Source: Bacteroidales bacterium (GTDB taxonomy: Bacteria > Bacteroidota > Bacteroidia > Bacteroidales > UBA10428). From it: a stretch of DNA of 64,000 nt. Below, piece after piece: positions 35,476 through 45,937 of the stretch (positions within the stretch are counted from its first letter, which is position 1; each line of letters begins with the position of its first letter). The stretch lies in NCBI GenBank assembly GCA_035913795.1, contig JAMIIA010000188.1:6042-70041 (forward strand), in the 5' to 3' direction. The notes under the pieces are model-generated. The model had not been told where the DNA came from, made no database searches, and was given only the letters and a program-made list of their open reading frames with translations. The position numbers were made by a program, and so were the translations under genes.

Positions 35476-38400
35476 ATGAATGGTAAACGGAAAATAATTA
35501 TGTGTAGTTTAAAATACTATATTCTTATTTACTGTTACGTGAGCAGTTTTAGCAATGGCTATTCGCAATCATACTCAAATCTTAATCCCACGAAATGGCC
35601 AAGTCAATATATAATAAAAACATGGAATACTGAAAACGGATTGAGCTCTGAATCAACCAATGATTTAATAATTGGCCCAAAGGGATACCTGTGGATTAGT
35701 AGTTTTACCGGCTTGCATCGATTCGATGGAAATAAGTTTACTGTTTATAATGCACAAAACAGCAATCTGCCCTCGCCAAATGTTTTATGCTTGGCTATGG
35801 ATAAGCAGGGAACACTGTGGCTGGGTTCTCTTCATGGTATTTCACTGTATCGCAATGGAAATTTTGAAAACCCTAAAGAATTTAGCGCAATTAATAAGAT
35901 TGCCGTGGAGGCACTTTTAACCTCCGAAAATGGGGATATATGGCTTAGCACAAAATCGAATAGGCTCTATGTATTTAAGCAAAATCAACTTACAGAGGTA
36001 ACAGATTTATTTGATGTTAACAGTAGTCTAGTTCTATCACTCGCAGAAGGGGAGGATGGTACAATTTTTATCGGAACCGATAATTCCGAGTTAATTCTAT
36101 ACAAAGACAAGGTAGTAAAGAAGATAATTTTTGATACTAAAGTCAATGGAGTAAATAGAATTGTCTCATCAACAGGTGGAAAGGTTTTTATAGCAACAGG
36201 AAAGGGACTTTATACCTATAAACAAGGAAAAATTGAAAAAACCCCTGCCCTGGAGAATAGAGTGATAAATTCCCTTGTAGAAGACCAAAATGGGATTCTC
36301 TGGCTTGGTACATTGAAGGGGCTGTTTAGATTCAATACGCATACAAATCAATTAGATTCGCTCACCGAAACTCAAGGTTTACCGAATAATTTTATTCGTG
36401 ACTTATTATTCGATGCACAAGGAAACCTCTGGGGTGGAACTTATCGGAATGGCATCTTTATGCTTGCTGACGGGCCTTTCAGTAGCTACACCAAAAACGA
36501 TGGTTTAAGTTCTGATAACATCACAGGTATAGCAGAGATTGACAAAAGCACCTTACTGATGGGGGATGAAGACGGAAATTTAAACCTGCTGAAAAGTGGA
36601 AGTATACAGAAGTATTTGCCTTCGATACCAATTCCCCAGCTAAGGTTAAAGCACATTTTTATCGATCGGAAGAGCCGAATATGGATTAGCACTTATGGCG
36701 GACTGGTTTTATTGGATGGAAAAAGGAGTAAAACCTATAAATTAGAAAATGGATTTCCGGATGATTATATCAGGCAGGTTTTTGAAGATAGTGAAGGGAA
36801 TATTTGGATAGGCACTAAAAATGCCGGCTTAATAAAACTTCTTACGGATAATACCTGGGAGCTTTTCGATATGGATAGGGGCATGAGTTCGAATTACATT
36901 ATGTCCATTGCCGAAAACAACCGAAAACAAATCATTGTCGGAACCCTTAGCGGTATAAATGTGTTGGAAGATGCGAAAGTGATTGACAAAATTAATATTG
37001 ACGATGGACTGCCCTCCAACTTTTCTTTTCAAACCTTTTCAACGGATAAAATTCTATGGATAGCCGGTAACGATGGTTTAACAGCCTATTCGAAAGACTT
37101 TACTTATACTTTCAATAGTAGCAACGGATTACCTTCCAATATAGTCTATAACATTTTAGCCGATAACTATGGTAATCTGTGGCTTCCGAGCGAACAATCG
37201 ATATTGAAGGTTCGGTTGTCTGAATTGGAAAGCATTGCAGAATCTGGAGGAGGAAGCTTTGAAGTGCAGCAGTTTAACAAAAGTCATGGCATGAAAAACA
37301 ACCATTGTTTGGGTGCTGTGCATTCTTATAAAGACTCCAAAGGCGATCTCTGGATTCCAACACAGGGAGGAGTAGTTCACATTCGACCAACTGAGTCGTT
37401 TAAGCAATCTCTTGATACCATTATTCTGTTTGAAAGCATTTATGCTGACCATGACATCATTTCTGCCGAGAATCCGGTTATACCTGCTTCTGCCGACAGG
37501 TTATCGATCACTTTTACCAGCATCGATTTTAAAAACATAGACCTGCTGCAATTCATGTATAAACTGGAACCTTTCGATAATGAATGGATTACCAGTTCAA
37601 ACGAAAGAACAGCAATCTATACCAATCTTTCTCCTGGCGATTATACTTTCTTGTTGCGAACCAGCATCAAAGGATCGAAGGAGGGCATCACAAAAAGTTT
37701 GCACATTCAGATAAAAGCAGCATGGTATCAGACAATTTGGGCGAAACTATTTTATGTGTTGGCTGTTTCCTGCCTGGGCTTATTAATTTATTATATCAGG
37801 CTAAAAACACTGGCCTCAAAGAATAAGCAGCTTGAAAGTTTAGTGAAGCATCGAACCCTCGAAATTGAGAATCAAAAAGAAGAGTTGAGGGCAGCATTAA
37901 AAAACCTTTCTGAGGCACGAGAGCAAATGATCCATTCAGAAAAAATGGCTTCATTAGGGATTTTGGCGGCAGGGGTGGCACATGAAATAAATAATCCATT
38001 AAACTTTATACAAGGTGGGCTTTATGGAATAGAAGATGTCATTTCAGACAAAAATAACCTTTCGGACGACGAAGATTTTTTAACCTCATTAAATGCTATA
38101 CGCGAGGGGGTTAACCGAGCTACTTCAATTGTATCAAGTTTGAATGAATTTAATCATCAGAGAGAGGACTCTTTGGAACAGTGCTCTTTGCACCATATAA
38201 TTGATAACTGCCTTATTATGCTTCATCATTTAGTGAAAGGCCGCATTACAATCGTTAAAAATTTCTCCGAAAAAGAATTAGTGGTGTATGCCAGCAATGG
38301 TAAATTGCACCAGGTATTCCTTAACATTCTTACAAACGCCATTCATGCCATTAAAGATAAAGGCACCATTACTGTAAATACTTCCCTGGAAAACAAGAGG

Positions 38401-38619
38401 GCTATTGTTCAAATTGCCGATACTGGCATTGGAATCGATAAGAATATTTTGTCGCGTATCACAGAACCCTTCTTTACTACCAAGGACCCCGGAAAAGGAA
38501 CCGGACTGGGTTTAGCAATTACCTACAACATTATAAAGGAGCTTGATGGCACACTTCAGTTTGACTCTGAATTCGAAAAAGGAACAATTGCCACAGTAAT
38601 TTTACCTTGTGCGGAATAA
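35476..38619 (+). CDS. Sensor histidine kinase with periplasmic two-component-regulator propeller repeats and a Y_Y_Y domain; no receiver or DNA-binding domain
   Basis: Many GLxxNxIxxIxxDxxGxxWIGT propeller repeats, then a Y_Y_Y-like segment ([12 protein letters not shown]...[14 protein letters not shown]) and one TM helix. H-box [15 protein letters not shown]-box [11 protein letters not shown]-box GTGLGLAI. The protein ends right after the ATPase domain. ATG at 35476 (the ORF track starts at a TTG at 35467). Confidence 0.85.
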   Translation: MNGKRKIIMCSLKYYILIYCYVSSFSNGYSQSYSNLNPTKWPSQYIIKTWNTENGLSSESTNDLIIGPKGYLWISSFTGLHRFDGNKFTVYNAQNSNLPSPNVLCLAMDKQGTLWLGSLHGISLYRNGNFENPKEFSAINKIAVEALLTSENGDIWLSTKSNRLYVFKQNQLTEVTDLFDVNSSLVLSLAEGEDGTIFIGTDNSELILYKDKVVKKIIFDTKVNGVNRIVSSTGGKVFIATGKGLYTYKQGKIEKTPALENRVINSLVEDQNGILWLGTLKGLFRFNTHTNQLDSLTETQGLPNNFIRDLLFDAQGNLWGGTYRNGIFMLADGPFSSYTKNDGLSSDNITGIAEIDKSTLLMGDEDGNLNLLKSGSIQKYLPSIPIPQLRLKHIFIDRKSRIWISTYGGLVLLDGKRSKTYKLENGFPDDYIRQVFEDSEGNIWIGTKNAGLIKLLTDNTWELFDMDRGMSSNYIMSIAENNRKQIIVGTLSGINVLEDAKVIDKINIDDGLPSNFSFQTFSTDKILWIAGNDGLTAYSKDFTYTFNSSNGLPSNIVYNILADNYGNLWLPSEQSILKVRLSELESIAESGGGSFEVQQFNKSHGMKNNHCLGAVHSYKDSKGDLWIPTQGGVVHIRPTESFKQSLDTIILFESIYADHDIISAENPVIPASADRLSITFTSIDFKNIDLLQFMYKLEPFDNEWITSSNERTAIYTNLSPGDYTFLLRTSIKGSKEGITKSLHIQIKAAWYQTIWAKLFYVLAVSCLGLLIYYIRLKTLASKNKQLESLVKHRTLEIENQKEELRAALKNLSEAREQMIHSEKMASLGILAAGVAHEINNPLNFIQGGLYGIEDVISDKNNLSDDEDFLTSLNAIREGVNRATSIVSSLNEFNHQREDSLEQCSLHHIIDNCLIMLHHLVKGRITIVKNFSEKELVVYASNGKLHQVFLNILTNAIHAIKDKGTITVNTSLENKRAIVQIADTGIGIDKNILSRITEPFFTTKDPGKGTGLGLAITYNIIKELDGTLQFDSEFEKGTIATVILPCAE

Positions 38620-40293
38620 TTATTTATTGGTAAAAAATTCCACCCGCTTAAGAGTCTCCTTACCCCGGCAAACTATTTCAGGTTTTTGAGGTAAACGGCC
38701 ATATGTTTTCATAAAATTATCTACACACGAGGGCGATGTAAAAATAACCTGATCGAAGCCCTCCACCTCTACTTTTTTTATAACTAAGGGCATAATATTT
38801 TCATAGACGGTAAGCTTTACAACCTGGTTGCCCATATTCTCCAGCATATCTGGCAGAAAGTTAGTCGCCAGGTTCGAGCGTGGAATCAGTATTTTGGACT
38901 GTGTTATGTTCTGCTCCACAAACAGGTTAACCAAACCTTCCGACGATTCGTCCGAAGCCTGAAGATCGGGCAGGAGGCCATACTCTTTGAGGCGGGCAGA
39001 AGTTACCCCTCCGATCGAAGCAATTTTCAATTTCGCAAGTTTTCGTGCATCATTTCCAAGTTCAAACCATCTCTTCAGAAAGTAATCGACCGCATACATG
39101 CTGGTGAATATCAGCCAGGTAAAATCGGCTATTGTTTCGATGGCGAGGTCGACTTGGGTAAAATCATGCAATGGGCTAAGCTCAATCATTGGCTGATGAA
39201 ACACATAACCCAGATGGGCATATTTGGCAAGGTTCGAACCCGTAAACAATATTTTGGGTTTGTATTGAAAAGCTTTGTGCCAGCAATGCCGGTTCCCTAC
39301 TTCGCCGGCAATAATCAGCAGAGGGGATTTGTATTCTTTTTCACACTTTAAAACCGACTGAATAGTTTCATAAAAAACTTCCTGGTCGGAGCTGCCTATG
39401 TTGTAAAAAAGCGTGAGAGGCGTTTCCGGTGGTCGGTTACGCTCTAAGAGTGCCTTTGCTATTGCCCTGATATTGCCTGCTCCCATAAAATAGACAATGG
39501 TATCGGTGTCGGGTACTTCAATCTTCGATCGCTCGTGGCCGCTGCAAAAAGCCACCGAGTTGCTGATATTACGAAGTGTTAATGGAAGATTGGCCAGGGC
39601 AGCGGCACCTAAGGCACTACTAATACCCGGTACGGTTTCTACCGAAATCTGCCGGGCTTCGAGAAAGGCTATTTCTTCGCCCGCATGCCCGAAGATCATA
39701 GGGTCGCCACCTTTCAGCCGTATCACAGTCTTGTGTTTGAGTGCGGCTTCAAAAAGTAACCGGTTGATGTCTTTTTGATCCTTAAAATGGTTGGATGCCC
39801 GCTTGCCAACAAAAACCTTTTCTGCGGGCGATATTTCCAAAATGCTGCTGTCGATTAGGCTGTCGTAAAAAATGATATCGGCTTTTTGAATCAATTCGTA
39901 TGCCTTGATGGTAAGAAGCTCTTTGCTGCATTGCCCGGCACCAACAAGGTAAACTTTTCCAAACCCGGTATGAATTGAGGTTTTAGAAAATTGTTGGTAG
40001 TGCGCAAGGAATCTATCATTTGCCAAGAGGGCTGCAAGCTTCTGATTCCGCCCGAAAGAATAAATAGCTACAATTTTAATGTTTGCCGGCAATGGAAAGG
40101 GTAGAACCTCGAGATTTAGGAATGCCAACTGGTCATCTAATTGCTCTAATACGATATGCTTGTTAGTCAGATCATTTGTTACGGGAACTTGAACAAAGGC
40201 ATGAAAAAAATCTTCTTGAGGAAAAATCTCTTGCAGCTCCTGAATCAGGCTTCTATGCAAGGTGTCGTCTTGTGTAAGCAGGTGTGTTGTCAT
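38620..40293 (-). CDS. cobA: Fusion protein: unassigned N-terminal region + uroporphyrinogen-III C-methyltransferase + uroporphyrinogen-III synthase
   Basis: Residues ~112-345 are GKVYLVGAGQCSKELLTIKAYELIQKADIIFYDSL...LKGGDPMIFG...VPGISS (tetrapyrrole methylase). Residues ~350-557 are HemD-like (KILFTGSN...WLIFTSMYAV...VIFTSPSCV). Residues 1-110 carry no motif I recognise. Confidence 0.85.
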   Translation of the reverse strand: MTTHLLTQDDTLHRSLIQELQEIFPQEDFFHAFVQVPVTNDLTNKHIVLEQLDDQLAFLNLEVLPFPLPANIKIVAIYSFGRNQKLAALLANDRFLAHYQQFSKTSIHTGFGKVYLVGAGQCSKELLTIKAYELIQKADIIFYDSLIDSSILEISPAEKVFVGKRASNHFKDQKDINRLLFEAALKHKTVIRLKGGDPMIFGHAGEEIAFLEARQISVETVPGISSALGAAALANLPLTLRNISNSVAFCSGHERSKIEVPDTDTIVYFMGAGNIRAIAKALLERNRPPETPLTLFYNIGSSDQEVFYETIQSVLKCEKEYKSPLLIIAGEVGNRHCWHKAFQYKPKILFTGSNLAKYAHLGYVFHQPMIELSPLHDFTQVDLAIETIADFTWLIFTSMYAVDYFLKRWFELGNDARKLAKLKIASIGGVTSARLKEYGLLPDLQASDESSEGLVNLFVEQNITQSKILIPRSNLATNFLPDMLENMGNQVVKLTVYENIMPLVIKKVEVEGFDQVIFTSPSCVDNFMKTYGRLPQKPEIVCRGKETLKRVEFFTNK

Positions 40294-40367
40294 ACAAATA
40301 AGTGGAAGGCAAAGATACTACGATTGGCTCAATTTCAGAGGTAAGGTTTTTTCAGAACAGTTAAATT

Positions 40368-40844
40368 TCAACATGACTCTTCAGGATTGTTTTCCAGGTA
40401 CTTGCGGATACGATCGCGCCAACGGATGGAGGCATATACATCGCTGGCATTGGAGCCTACGGCTACGGTCATGTGGTCTTTTTTGTAAATAGCCGGCGAC
40501 ACAAAATCGCAGAGTGGCGGGTTATCGACAACATTCACTAAAATACCCAGTTTATGTGCATCGTAGTAAACCTGCTCATTCAATGCTTTAATGTTGGTGC
40601 AGGCATAAACCAAAAAGGCAGATTCAAGGTCCGATTGTGCATAATCCTTTTCAGTGAAGGGTATTTGTAAATCTTTAATTTCCTGACAGACCTCTCTGGC
40701 AATTACCTTAAAATGACTGGTAAAAGGCAAGAGAAGCTTTATTTTATGATACGCTACCCTTCCGCCTCCTACAATCACTATCAGCTTTTGGCTTATGTTG
40801 AGACTTATGGGGAGAAAATTCATCTCTGTATCTTGGTATTTCAT
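40368..40844 (-). CDS. Precorrin-2 dehydrogenase / sirohydrochlorin ferrochelatase (CysG N-terminal / SirC-Met8-like)
   Basis: 158 aa. Rossmann motif LIVIVGGGRVAYHKIKLLL. It lies between cysI and cobA, a context consistent with siroheme synthesis. Confidence 0.8.
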   Translation of the reverse strand: MKYQDTEMNFLPISLNISQKLIVIVGGGRVAYHKIKLLLPFTSHFKVIAREVCQEIKDLQIPFTEKDYAQSDLESAFLVYACTNIKALNEQVYYDAHKLGILVNVVDNPPLCDFVSPAIYKKDHMTVAVGSNASDVYASIRWRDRIRKYLENNPEESC

Positions 40845-41201
40845 GGTTTTCTGTCCAATAGAACGATCCAGTTATCATTAACAGCTTTATTTTCATAAAA
40901 CCCTCTGGAAAAGTGATCTAAAACACCTAATAATTCGGTATAATGTGTCTAAATCAATTTTCCAATCACTGACTGGAAAATCAGGAACAATATTTCTGTC
41001 TTAAGAACAAAATCAATTCAGGATAGTTTAATTTATGATGTGAGTTTTTATAGACTTATTGGCATCGGTGAGTTTATTCAGCATCCAGGAATTCGTAGCC
41101 ACTTCAACATCTAAAGTTACAGCCTTTTCCTGTGAGTTCTCAACTTGCAAATTGCTCTGAACCCCTTATGATGTATGCACTTAGTTTTGGCAAGATGATT
41201 T

Positions 41202-41534
41202 TTATCCTAACAAATCCTGAATCTCAATTTTTAGAGTAGGCAAATGTCTCACTATAGTACCCCAAACAATCTCATTATCAATTTTATCATACCCATGAAT
41301 CACTCGATTACGCATACTTATAATCTGTCTTTTACTCGAAATGAATAAAGTTGAATCTAGTTTTTCAATCCGCCCCATTGCTTCACCAATAATCTCAAAT
41401 TCCCTCTCAACAGCTCTGCGCAACATCTTATCAGCAATATATGCATCAAAATCACGATTTCCGCCAAGATATTTGTCAATAGAATCAATAGATTCTTGAA
41501 TATCAAACAAATACTTCTTGATCTCAAGATCCAT
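41202..41534 (-). CDS. hepT: HepT-like (DUF86) ribonuclease toxin
   Basis: 110 aa. Rx4HxY catalytic motif (RNRVIHGY). It overlaps the upstream nucleotidyltransferase gene by 11 nt. Confidence 0.85.
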   Translation of the reverse strand: MDLEIKKYLFDIQESIDSIDKYLGGNRDFDAYIADKMLRRAVEREFEIIGEAMGRIEKLDSTLFISSKRQIISMRNRVIHGYDKIDNEIVWGTIVRHLPTLKIEIQDLLG

Positions 41535-41829
41535 ATAATAAAGTCTTTGTTTGGTTAATGGAATCTATAAAATACGGGTTAGATAACGATTTGTCCGTAA
41601 CTAAATCAACTGGCCGATGAAATAAATTTTCAAATTTATCAGCCAAATCAAAATAGGTATCGGCATAATCTCCGTAATCCATTGGCTTAAAGGAAATCAA
41701 CAAATCTATATCACTTGTATCAGTGAATTTATCTGTACATACTGATCCAAAGGCAAATAAAGTCTTTACGTTATGAATCATACATAATGTTTTGATTTTA
41801 TCTATATTATCTAATATTAGTCTTTGCAT
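41524..41829 (-). CDS. mntA: MNT-type nucleotidyltransferase antitoxin
   Basis: 101 aa. GSx10-11DxD motif (FGSVCTDKFTDTSDIDLLISF). Typical pairing with HepT. Confidence 0.85.
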   Translation of the reverse strand: MQRLILDNIDKIKTLCMIHNVKTLFAFGSVCTDKFTDTSDIDLLISFKPMDYGDYADTYFDLADKFENLFHRPVDLVTDKSLSNPYFIDSINQTKTLLYGS

Positions 41830-41893
41830 ATCAACGTTTTGTGCAAATTTACATTACTCGATGAACTTATGCAAGTGCGGTTTTTTCAATTGG

Positions 41894-43579
41894 TTAAAAC
41901 TCTCCAATATACACAATTCCCTTTCGGATTACAAAATCTCCAAAAGCTTCTTCCTGCTCACGTTCGTGGCTGTATTGTTCAAAAAGTGTATCGAGTTCCT
42001 TTAAAATATCTTCCTCCTTCATCATTTCTTTGTACAATACATTCAGCCTTTTGCCAAGGTGACTCCCTCCAAGGTAAAGGTTATAAATGCCAGCTGCCCT
42101 GCCCACCAGCCCAATTTCCGAATTATACGGACGGGCACATCCGTTGGGGCATCCTGTCATGCGCAGGGTGATGGCCTGCTTGCCAAGTTGGTGTTTTTCC
42201 AGAATGGGTTCAATTTTATCAATCAGCGAAGGAAGATAGGTTTCGGCTTCGGCATGAGCCAGAGTGCAGGTATTGAGTGCCACACAGGCCAGCGAAGAAA
42301 GTCTTAACGGGCTGAAATTGTTCTCTGCATTCACCTTGTATTTGCGGAGCAGGTTGGTGATATTTTCTTTTTCCGAAGCCGGAACATTGCCAATAATTAC
42401 ATTCTGGTTGCCTGTGAGCCTGAAATCGCCCCGGTGTATGCGAGACACTTCGCGAAGTGCTGTTTTCATCTTCACTTTCTCGGTATCTTTCACACGGCCA
42501 TTTTCTACAAAAAGGGTATAGTGCCATTTATTGTCTGCTCCTTGCACCCATCCATAAGAGTCGGTAGTGGTTTTAAACTGAAAGGGTTTTGCTTCCAGGG
42601 CTTTTATTCCGGTGCGTTTTTCCAGTTCATTCTTAAACCATTCGAGACCATGGTGCTCAATGGTATATTTCAGGCGCGAAATCTTACGGTCTTCGCGGTT
42701 TCCATAGTCGCGTTGTATTTTAACAATTTCCTCAACAATTTTCAGAGAGTCTTCTTTTTTATAGTAGCCAATGATATCGGCAAGACGGGGATGGGTGCGT
42801 TCGTCGCCAAAGGTAGTGCCCATGCCACCGCCGGCAGCAAGGTTAAAGCCGGTGAGTATGTTTTCATCGCCAATGGCAATTAGACCTATGTCGTTGGTAA
42901 ATATATCGGTATCGTTATCGGGCGGAACGGCAATGGCAATTTTAAACTTACGCGGAAGGTATGTTTTTCCATAAATGGGTTCATTGTCTTCCGGTTCTTC
43001 ACCACCGGCTACCAATTGCTTTTCGAGCCATATCTCGTGATAGGCTGTGGTAGCAGGGGTTAAATGTTCATGAATTTGTCTCGCAAAATCGTATGCTCCG
43101 GCATGCAATTCTGAGCGTTCAGGGTTAGGACTGCACATGACATTGCGGTTTACGTCGCCGCAGGCTGCAATGGTATCGAGTAGGACATTGTTTATTTCAC
43201 TGATATGCTGTTTGAGTACCTTTTTAAAGACCCCGTGAAATTGAAAAGCCTGTCGGGTGGTTAACTTTAAGGTACCATTGGCATAGGTATCGGAAAGCCG
43301 ATCCATCTCAAGCCACTGCTCAGGAGTAGAAATGCCTCCGGGCAGGCGCACCCTTATCATAAAAGAATACAAAGGTTCAAGCTTTTGCTTTTTGCGTTCT
43401 GCCTCGAGTTCGCGGGCAGTTTGCTGGTAGATGCCATGGAACTTGATTAGTTGGGTATCGTCGGCGGCCATACCACCGGTGATTTCATCGATCAGGCTTT
43501 CGCGAATGGTGCCCCGCAGGTAATTGCTTCTGGTTTTTATCCCTTCTACAGGCGATAGTTTTATTTCTTGTTTGTTCAT
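41894..43579 (-). CDS. cysI: Assimilatory sulfite reductase (NADPH) hemoprotein beta-component
   Basis: 561 aa. Siroheme/4Fe-4S cysteine clusters ACVALNTCTLAHAE and TGCPNGCARP. N-terminal SNYLRGTI. Confidence 0.93.
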   Translation of the reverse strand: MNKQEIKLSPVEGIKTRSNYLRGTIRESLIDEITGGMAADDTQLIKFHGIYQQTARELEAERKKQKLEPLYSFMIRVRLPGGISTPEQWLEMDRLSDTYANGTLKLTTRQAFQFHGVFKKVLKQHISEINNVLLDTIAACGDVNRNVMCSPNPERSELHAGAYDFARQIHEHLTPATTAYHEIWLEKQLVAGGEEPEDNEPIYGKTYLPRKFKIAIAVPPDNDTDIFTNDIGLIAIGDENILTGFNLAAGGGMGTTFGDERTHPRLADIIGYYKKEDSLKIVEEIVKIQRDYGNREDRKISRLKYTIEHHGLEWFKNELEKRTGIKALEAKPFQFKTTTDSYGWVQGADNKWHYTLFVENGRVKDTEKVKMKTALREVSRIHRGDFRLTGNQNVIIGNVPASEKENITNLLRKYKVNAENNFSPLRLSSLACVALNTCTLAHAEAETYLPSLIDKIEPILEKHQLGKQAITLRMTGCPNGCARPYNSEIGLVGRAAGIYNLYLGGSHLGKRLNVLYKEMMKEEDILKELDTLFEQYSHEREQEEAFGDFVIRKGIVYIGEF

Positions 43580-43620
43580 GTTTAAAAATTCTTGATTACC
43601 TCACTTTCACTTGGGTTGGT

Positions 43621-45441
43621 TTAATACACATCTTCCTGAAGCCTATTTTCTTTTCTGAGCTGGTTAAAAAGAACTTCGGCTTTCTCTGTTTTTAATCCGC
43701 CTTCTGATTCTATAACCTGCAGAATGGCTTGCTTTACATCGCGTGCCATTGAGTTTTTATCACCACAAATATAGATGTGGGCGCCCTCCTGAATCCATTT
43801 ATAGAATTCCCCCGACTGCTTCAGAATCTGATGCTGCACGTAAACTTTTTCTGTCTGGTCGCGCGAAAAGGCAAGGTCAATGCGGTTAAGCAGCTTTTGC
43901 TGATACCATTTTTGCCATTCGGTTTGGTAGAGAAAATCGGTGGCAAAATTGCGGTCGCCATAGAACAGCCAGTTTTTACCTCCTGAAGCATTGAGGGCTC
44001 TTTCTTGCATAAAAGCCCGGAAGGGAGCCACCCCGGTTCCGGCCCCAATCATCACAATGGGCACAGAAGGGTCTTTGGGCAAACGAAAACTGATGTTCTC
44101 ATCGATGTAAACCGGCAAAATACTGTCTTCCTGTAACTGGTCAGAAAGGTAGGTAGAGCATACCCCTAAGCGTTTTCGCTGGTTGAATTGATATTTCACT
44201 GCCGAAACAGTAATATGCACTTCATCGGGATTTGCCTGCTGGCTTGAGGCAATTGAATAAAGTCTTGGTTGCAATTTCCGCAAGGTAGAAAACAAGGTTT
44301 TTGTATCAAACTGTACTGGAAACAATTCAAAAAGATCGAGCACATCGCGTCCCCAGAGAAATTCCTCCAACATTTTTGGGTCAGTCACAATCTTATTAAG
44401 CTGTGTGCTTTCAGCAAGTGCTGCCCAGGCCTTTAAAAGGGGCGGAGTGAGCCGGGTAATCTCGTAATGATGTGTGAGGGCCTCTTTTACAGTCTTTTCG
44501 CTGTTGCCGACGACTATTTTTTCACTTTCGTTAAGTTTACTGTGCGCGAGTACCTGATTTACCAACTCTGCGTTATTGATGCTGAATACACCCAAAGAAT
44601 CGCCGGGTGTATAGTGTAAACGAGAGTTTTCCAGTGATATTTCGTAATGGAACACTTCTTTGCCAGAGCCCCGGCCGGTAATTTGCTGTTTGGTTAATAC
44701 AGGTGCCTGAAAGGGTTTTTCTTTGCTGTAAGTTGGTTCTGAAATTACCTCTTGAGCCTGACTGCCATAAATACCCTCTGCCTCTGCAGTAGCGTGTTCG
44801 GCTGCAAATTTTTGTATCGAAGCTTCTATCCATTGCTGCGAAGCCGCTTCGAAATCGAGGTCGCAATCGATGCGATCGAAATACCTGATACCACCCAATT
44901 GTTCGAGGCGGGAGTCGATGTCGCGGCCGGTTTTGCAAAAATGCGTATAACTGCTATCGCCCAGCGCCAATACAGAATATTTTAGCGAACGAAGTTCGGG
45001 TGCTTTTTTGCTGTGCAGAAACTGGTAAAACTCCTCGGCGCTCAGGGGAGGCGAACCTTCGCCATCGGTGCTCACCACAATCAAGAGGTTTTTTTCCTGT
45101 TTAATTTGTTTGGGATTGTACTCGTTCAGGTTCACCAGTTCTACCGGAATGCCTATTGCTTCGGCTTTTTTCTGCGCTTTTTGGGCTACCTTCTGGGCAT
45201 TGCCAGACCGGGTTCCGTAGAGTATTTTTAGTGCAGGAACCTGAGAAAGCCTATTTGAACTTGTAGGAGAAAGGTTTTGGTGATCAAGTATTTTTAAGAG
45301 TTGACCAGTGCTTTGGTTGAGCCCGCTCAGATATCCTCCCAACCATATTTTTTGCTCGTGGCTAAGTGAGGTTAGCAGTTTTGAGAATAAATCGTGCTGG
45401 GCTGCATCGAGTGCGTCTGAAATCGAATTGTTCGGATTCAT
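43621..45441 (-). CDS. cysJ: Sulfite reductase (NADPH) flavoprotein alpha-component
   Basis: Flavodoxin part ILYGTRSGNAQ...VLALGDSSY, FAD site RLYSIASS, NADPH site IGAGTGVAPFRAF, and C-terminal EDVY. Confidence 0.9.
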   Translation of the reverse strand: MNPNNSISDALDAAQHDLFSKLLTSLSHEQKIWLGGYLSGLNQSTGQLLKILDHQNLSPTSSNRLSQVPALKILYGTRSGNAQKVAQKAQKKAEAIGIPVELVNLNEYNPKQIKQEKNLLIVVSTDGEGSPPLSAEEFYQFLHSKKAPELRSLKYSVLALGDSSYTHFCKTGRDIDSRLEQLGGIRYFDRIDCDLDFEAASQQWIEASIQKFAAEHATAEAEGIYGSQAQEVISEPTYSKEKPFQAPVLTKQQITGRGSGKEVFHYEISLENSRLHYTPGDSLGVFSINNAELVNQVLAHSKLNESEKIVVGNSEKTVKEALTHHYEITRLTPPLLKAWAALAESTQLNKIVTDPKMLEEFLWGRDVLDLFELFPVQFDTKTLFSTLRKLQPRLYSIASSQQANPDEVHITVSAVKYQFNQRKRLGVCSTYLSDQLQEDSILPVYIDENISFRLPKDPSVPIVMIGAGTGVAPFRAFMQERALNASGGKNWLFYGDRNFATDFLYQTEWQKWYQQKLLNRIDLAFSRDQTEKVYVQHQILKQSGEFYKWIQEGAHIYICGDKNSMARDVKQAILQVIESEGGLKTEKAEVLFNQLRKENRLQEDVY

Positions 45442-45547
45442 GCGAATTACTGACTGAAAATTGAAATTAATATTTGTTTGTAGAATAGTTTATAAAATAT
45501 GGGAAAGTGTCTATGTATGGCTTCAGATCTCTCCAATGAGTTCTTTT

Positions 45548-45937
45548 TCAATCAACCAAAAACCACTCACCAGGGTACGATAATGCCAGTAGCTTTTCAT
45601 GTTCTGCCCGCCATGAAAGCGTTTGAATTATAATTTCGTCGGCAATTTGTATATGCGAATTTTGCAAATCAGCGCTGAGGTATCCCTCGGCCGCTAAGAA
45701 GTCGAGCCAGAATTTCGTATTATAAATGCTTTCCAGAACCAGGTTCAATTGATCATAAACCTGTTTTCCCGGTTTTTCAAACAAGGCTAGTTTGATGGCG
45801 CTGGTGGCTCGGGTCGATGCTGAAAGAATTTCTTTTTGCGCGTTTACTCCTATTTTATCCTGTGGCAGGTTAAGGGCTAGTTTGGCTATTTGGCGCGTAA
45901 AGAGCTCGATTTTCTGTGAGTTAATTTTTGTTTCCAT
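45548..45937 (-). CDS. Hypothetical protein, possibly a divergent four-helix-bundle (TIGR02436-like) protein
   Basis: 129 aa, all-helical in appearance. ELFTRQIAKLALNLPQDK...QKEILSASTRATSAIKLA and LDFLAAEGYLSADL loosely follow the four-helix-bundle family pattern. The function call is weak. Confidence 0.45.
   Translation of the reverse strand: METKINSQKIELFTRQIAKLALNLPQDKIGVNAQKEILSASTRATSAIKLALFEKPGKQVYDQLNLVLESIYNTKFWLDFLAAEGYLSADLQNSHIQIADEIIIQTLSWRAEHEKLLALSYPGEWFLVD

Noticed and set aside
41040-41180. About 45-codon open minus-strand frame (…VENSQEKAVTLDVEVATNSWMLNKLTDANKSIKTHIIN*) in the spacer between HepT and the siroheme genes
   Set aside because: It has no ATG start, and I cannot assign homology. 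It may be a gene remnant, but that cannot be supported from the sequence alone.
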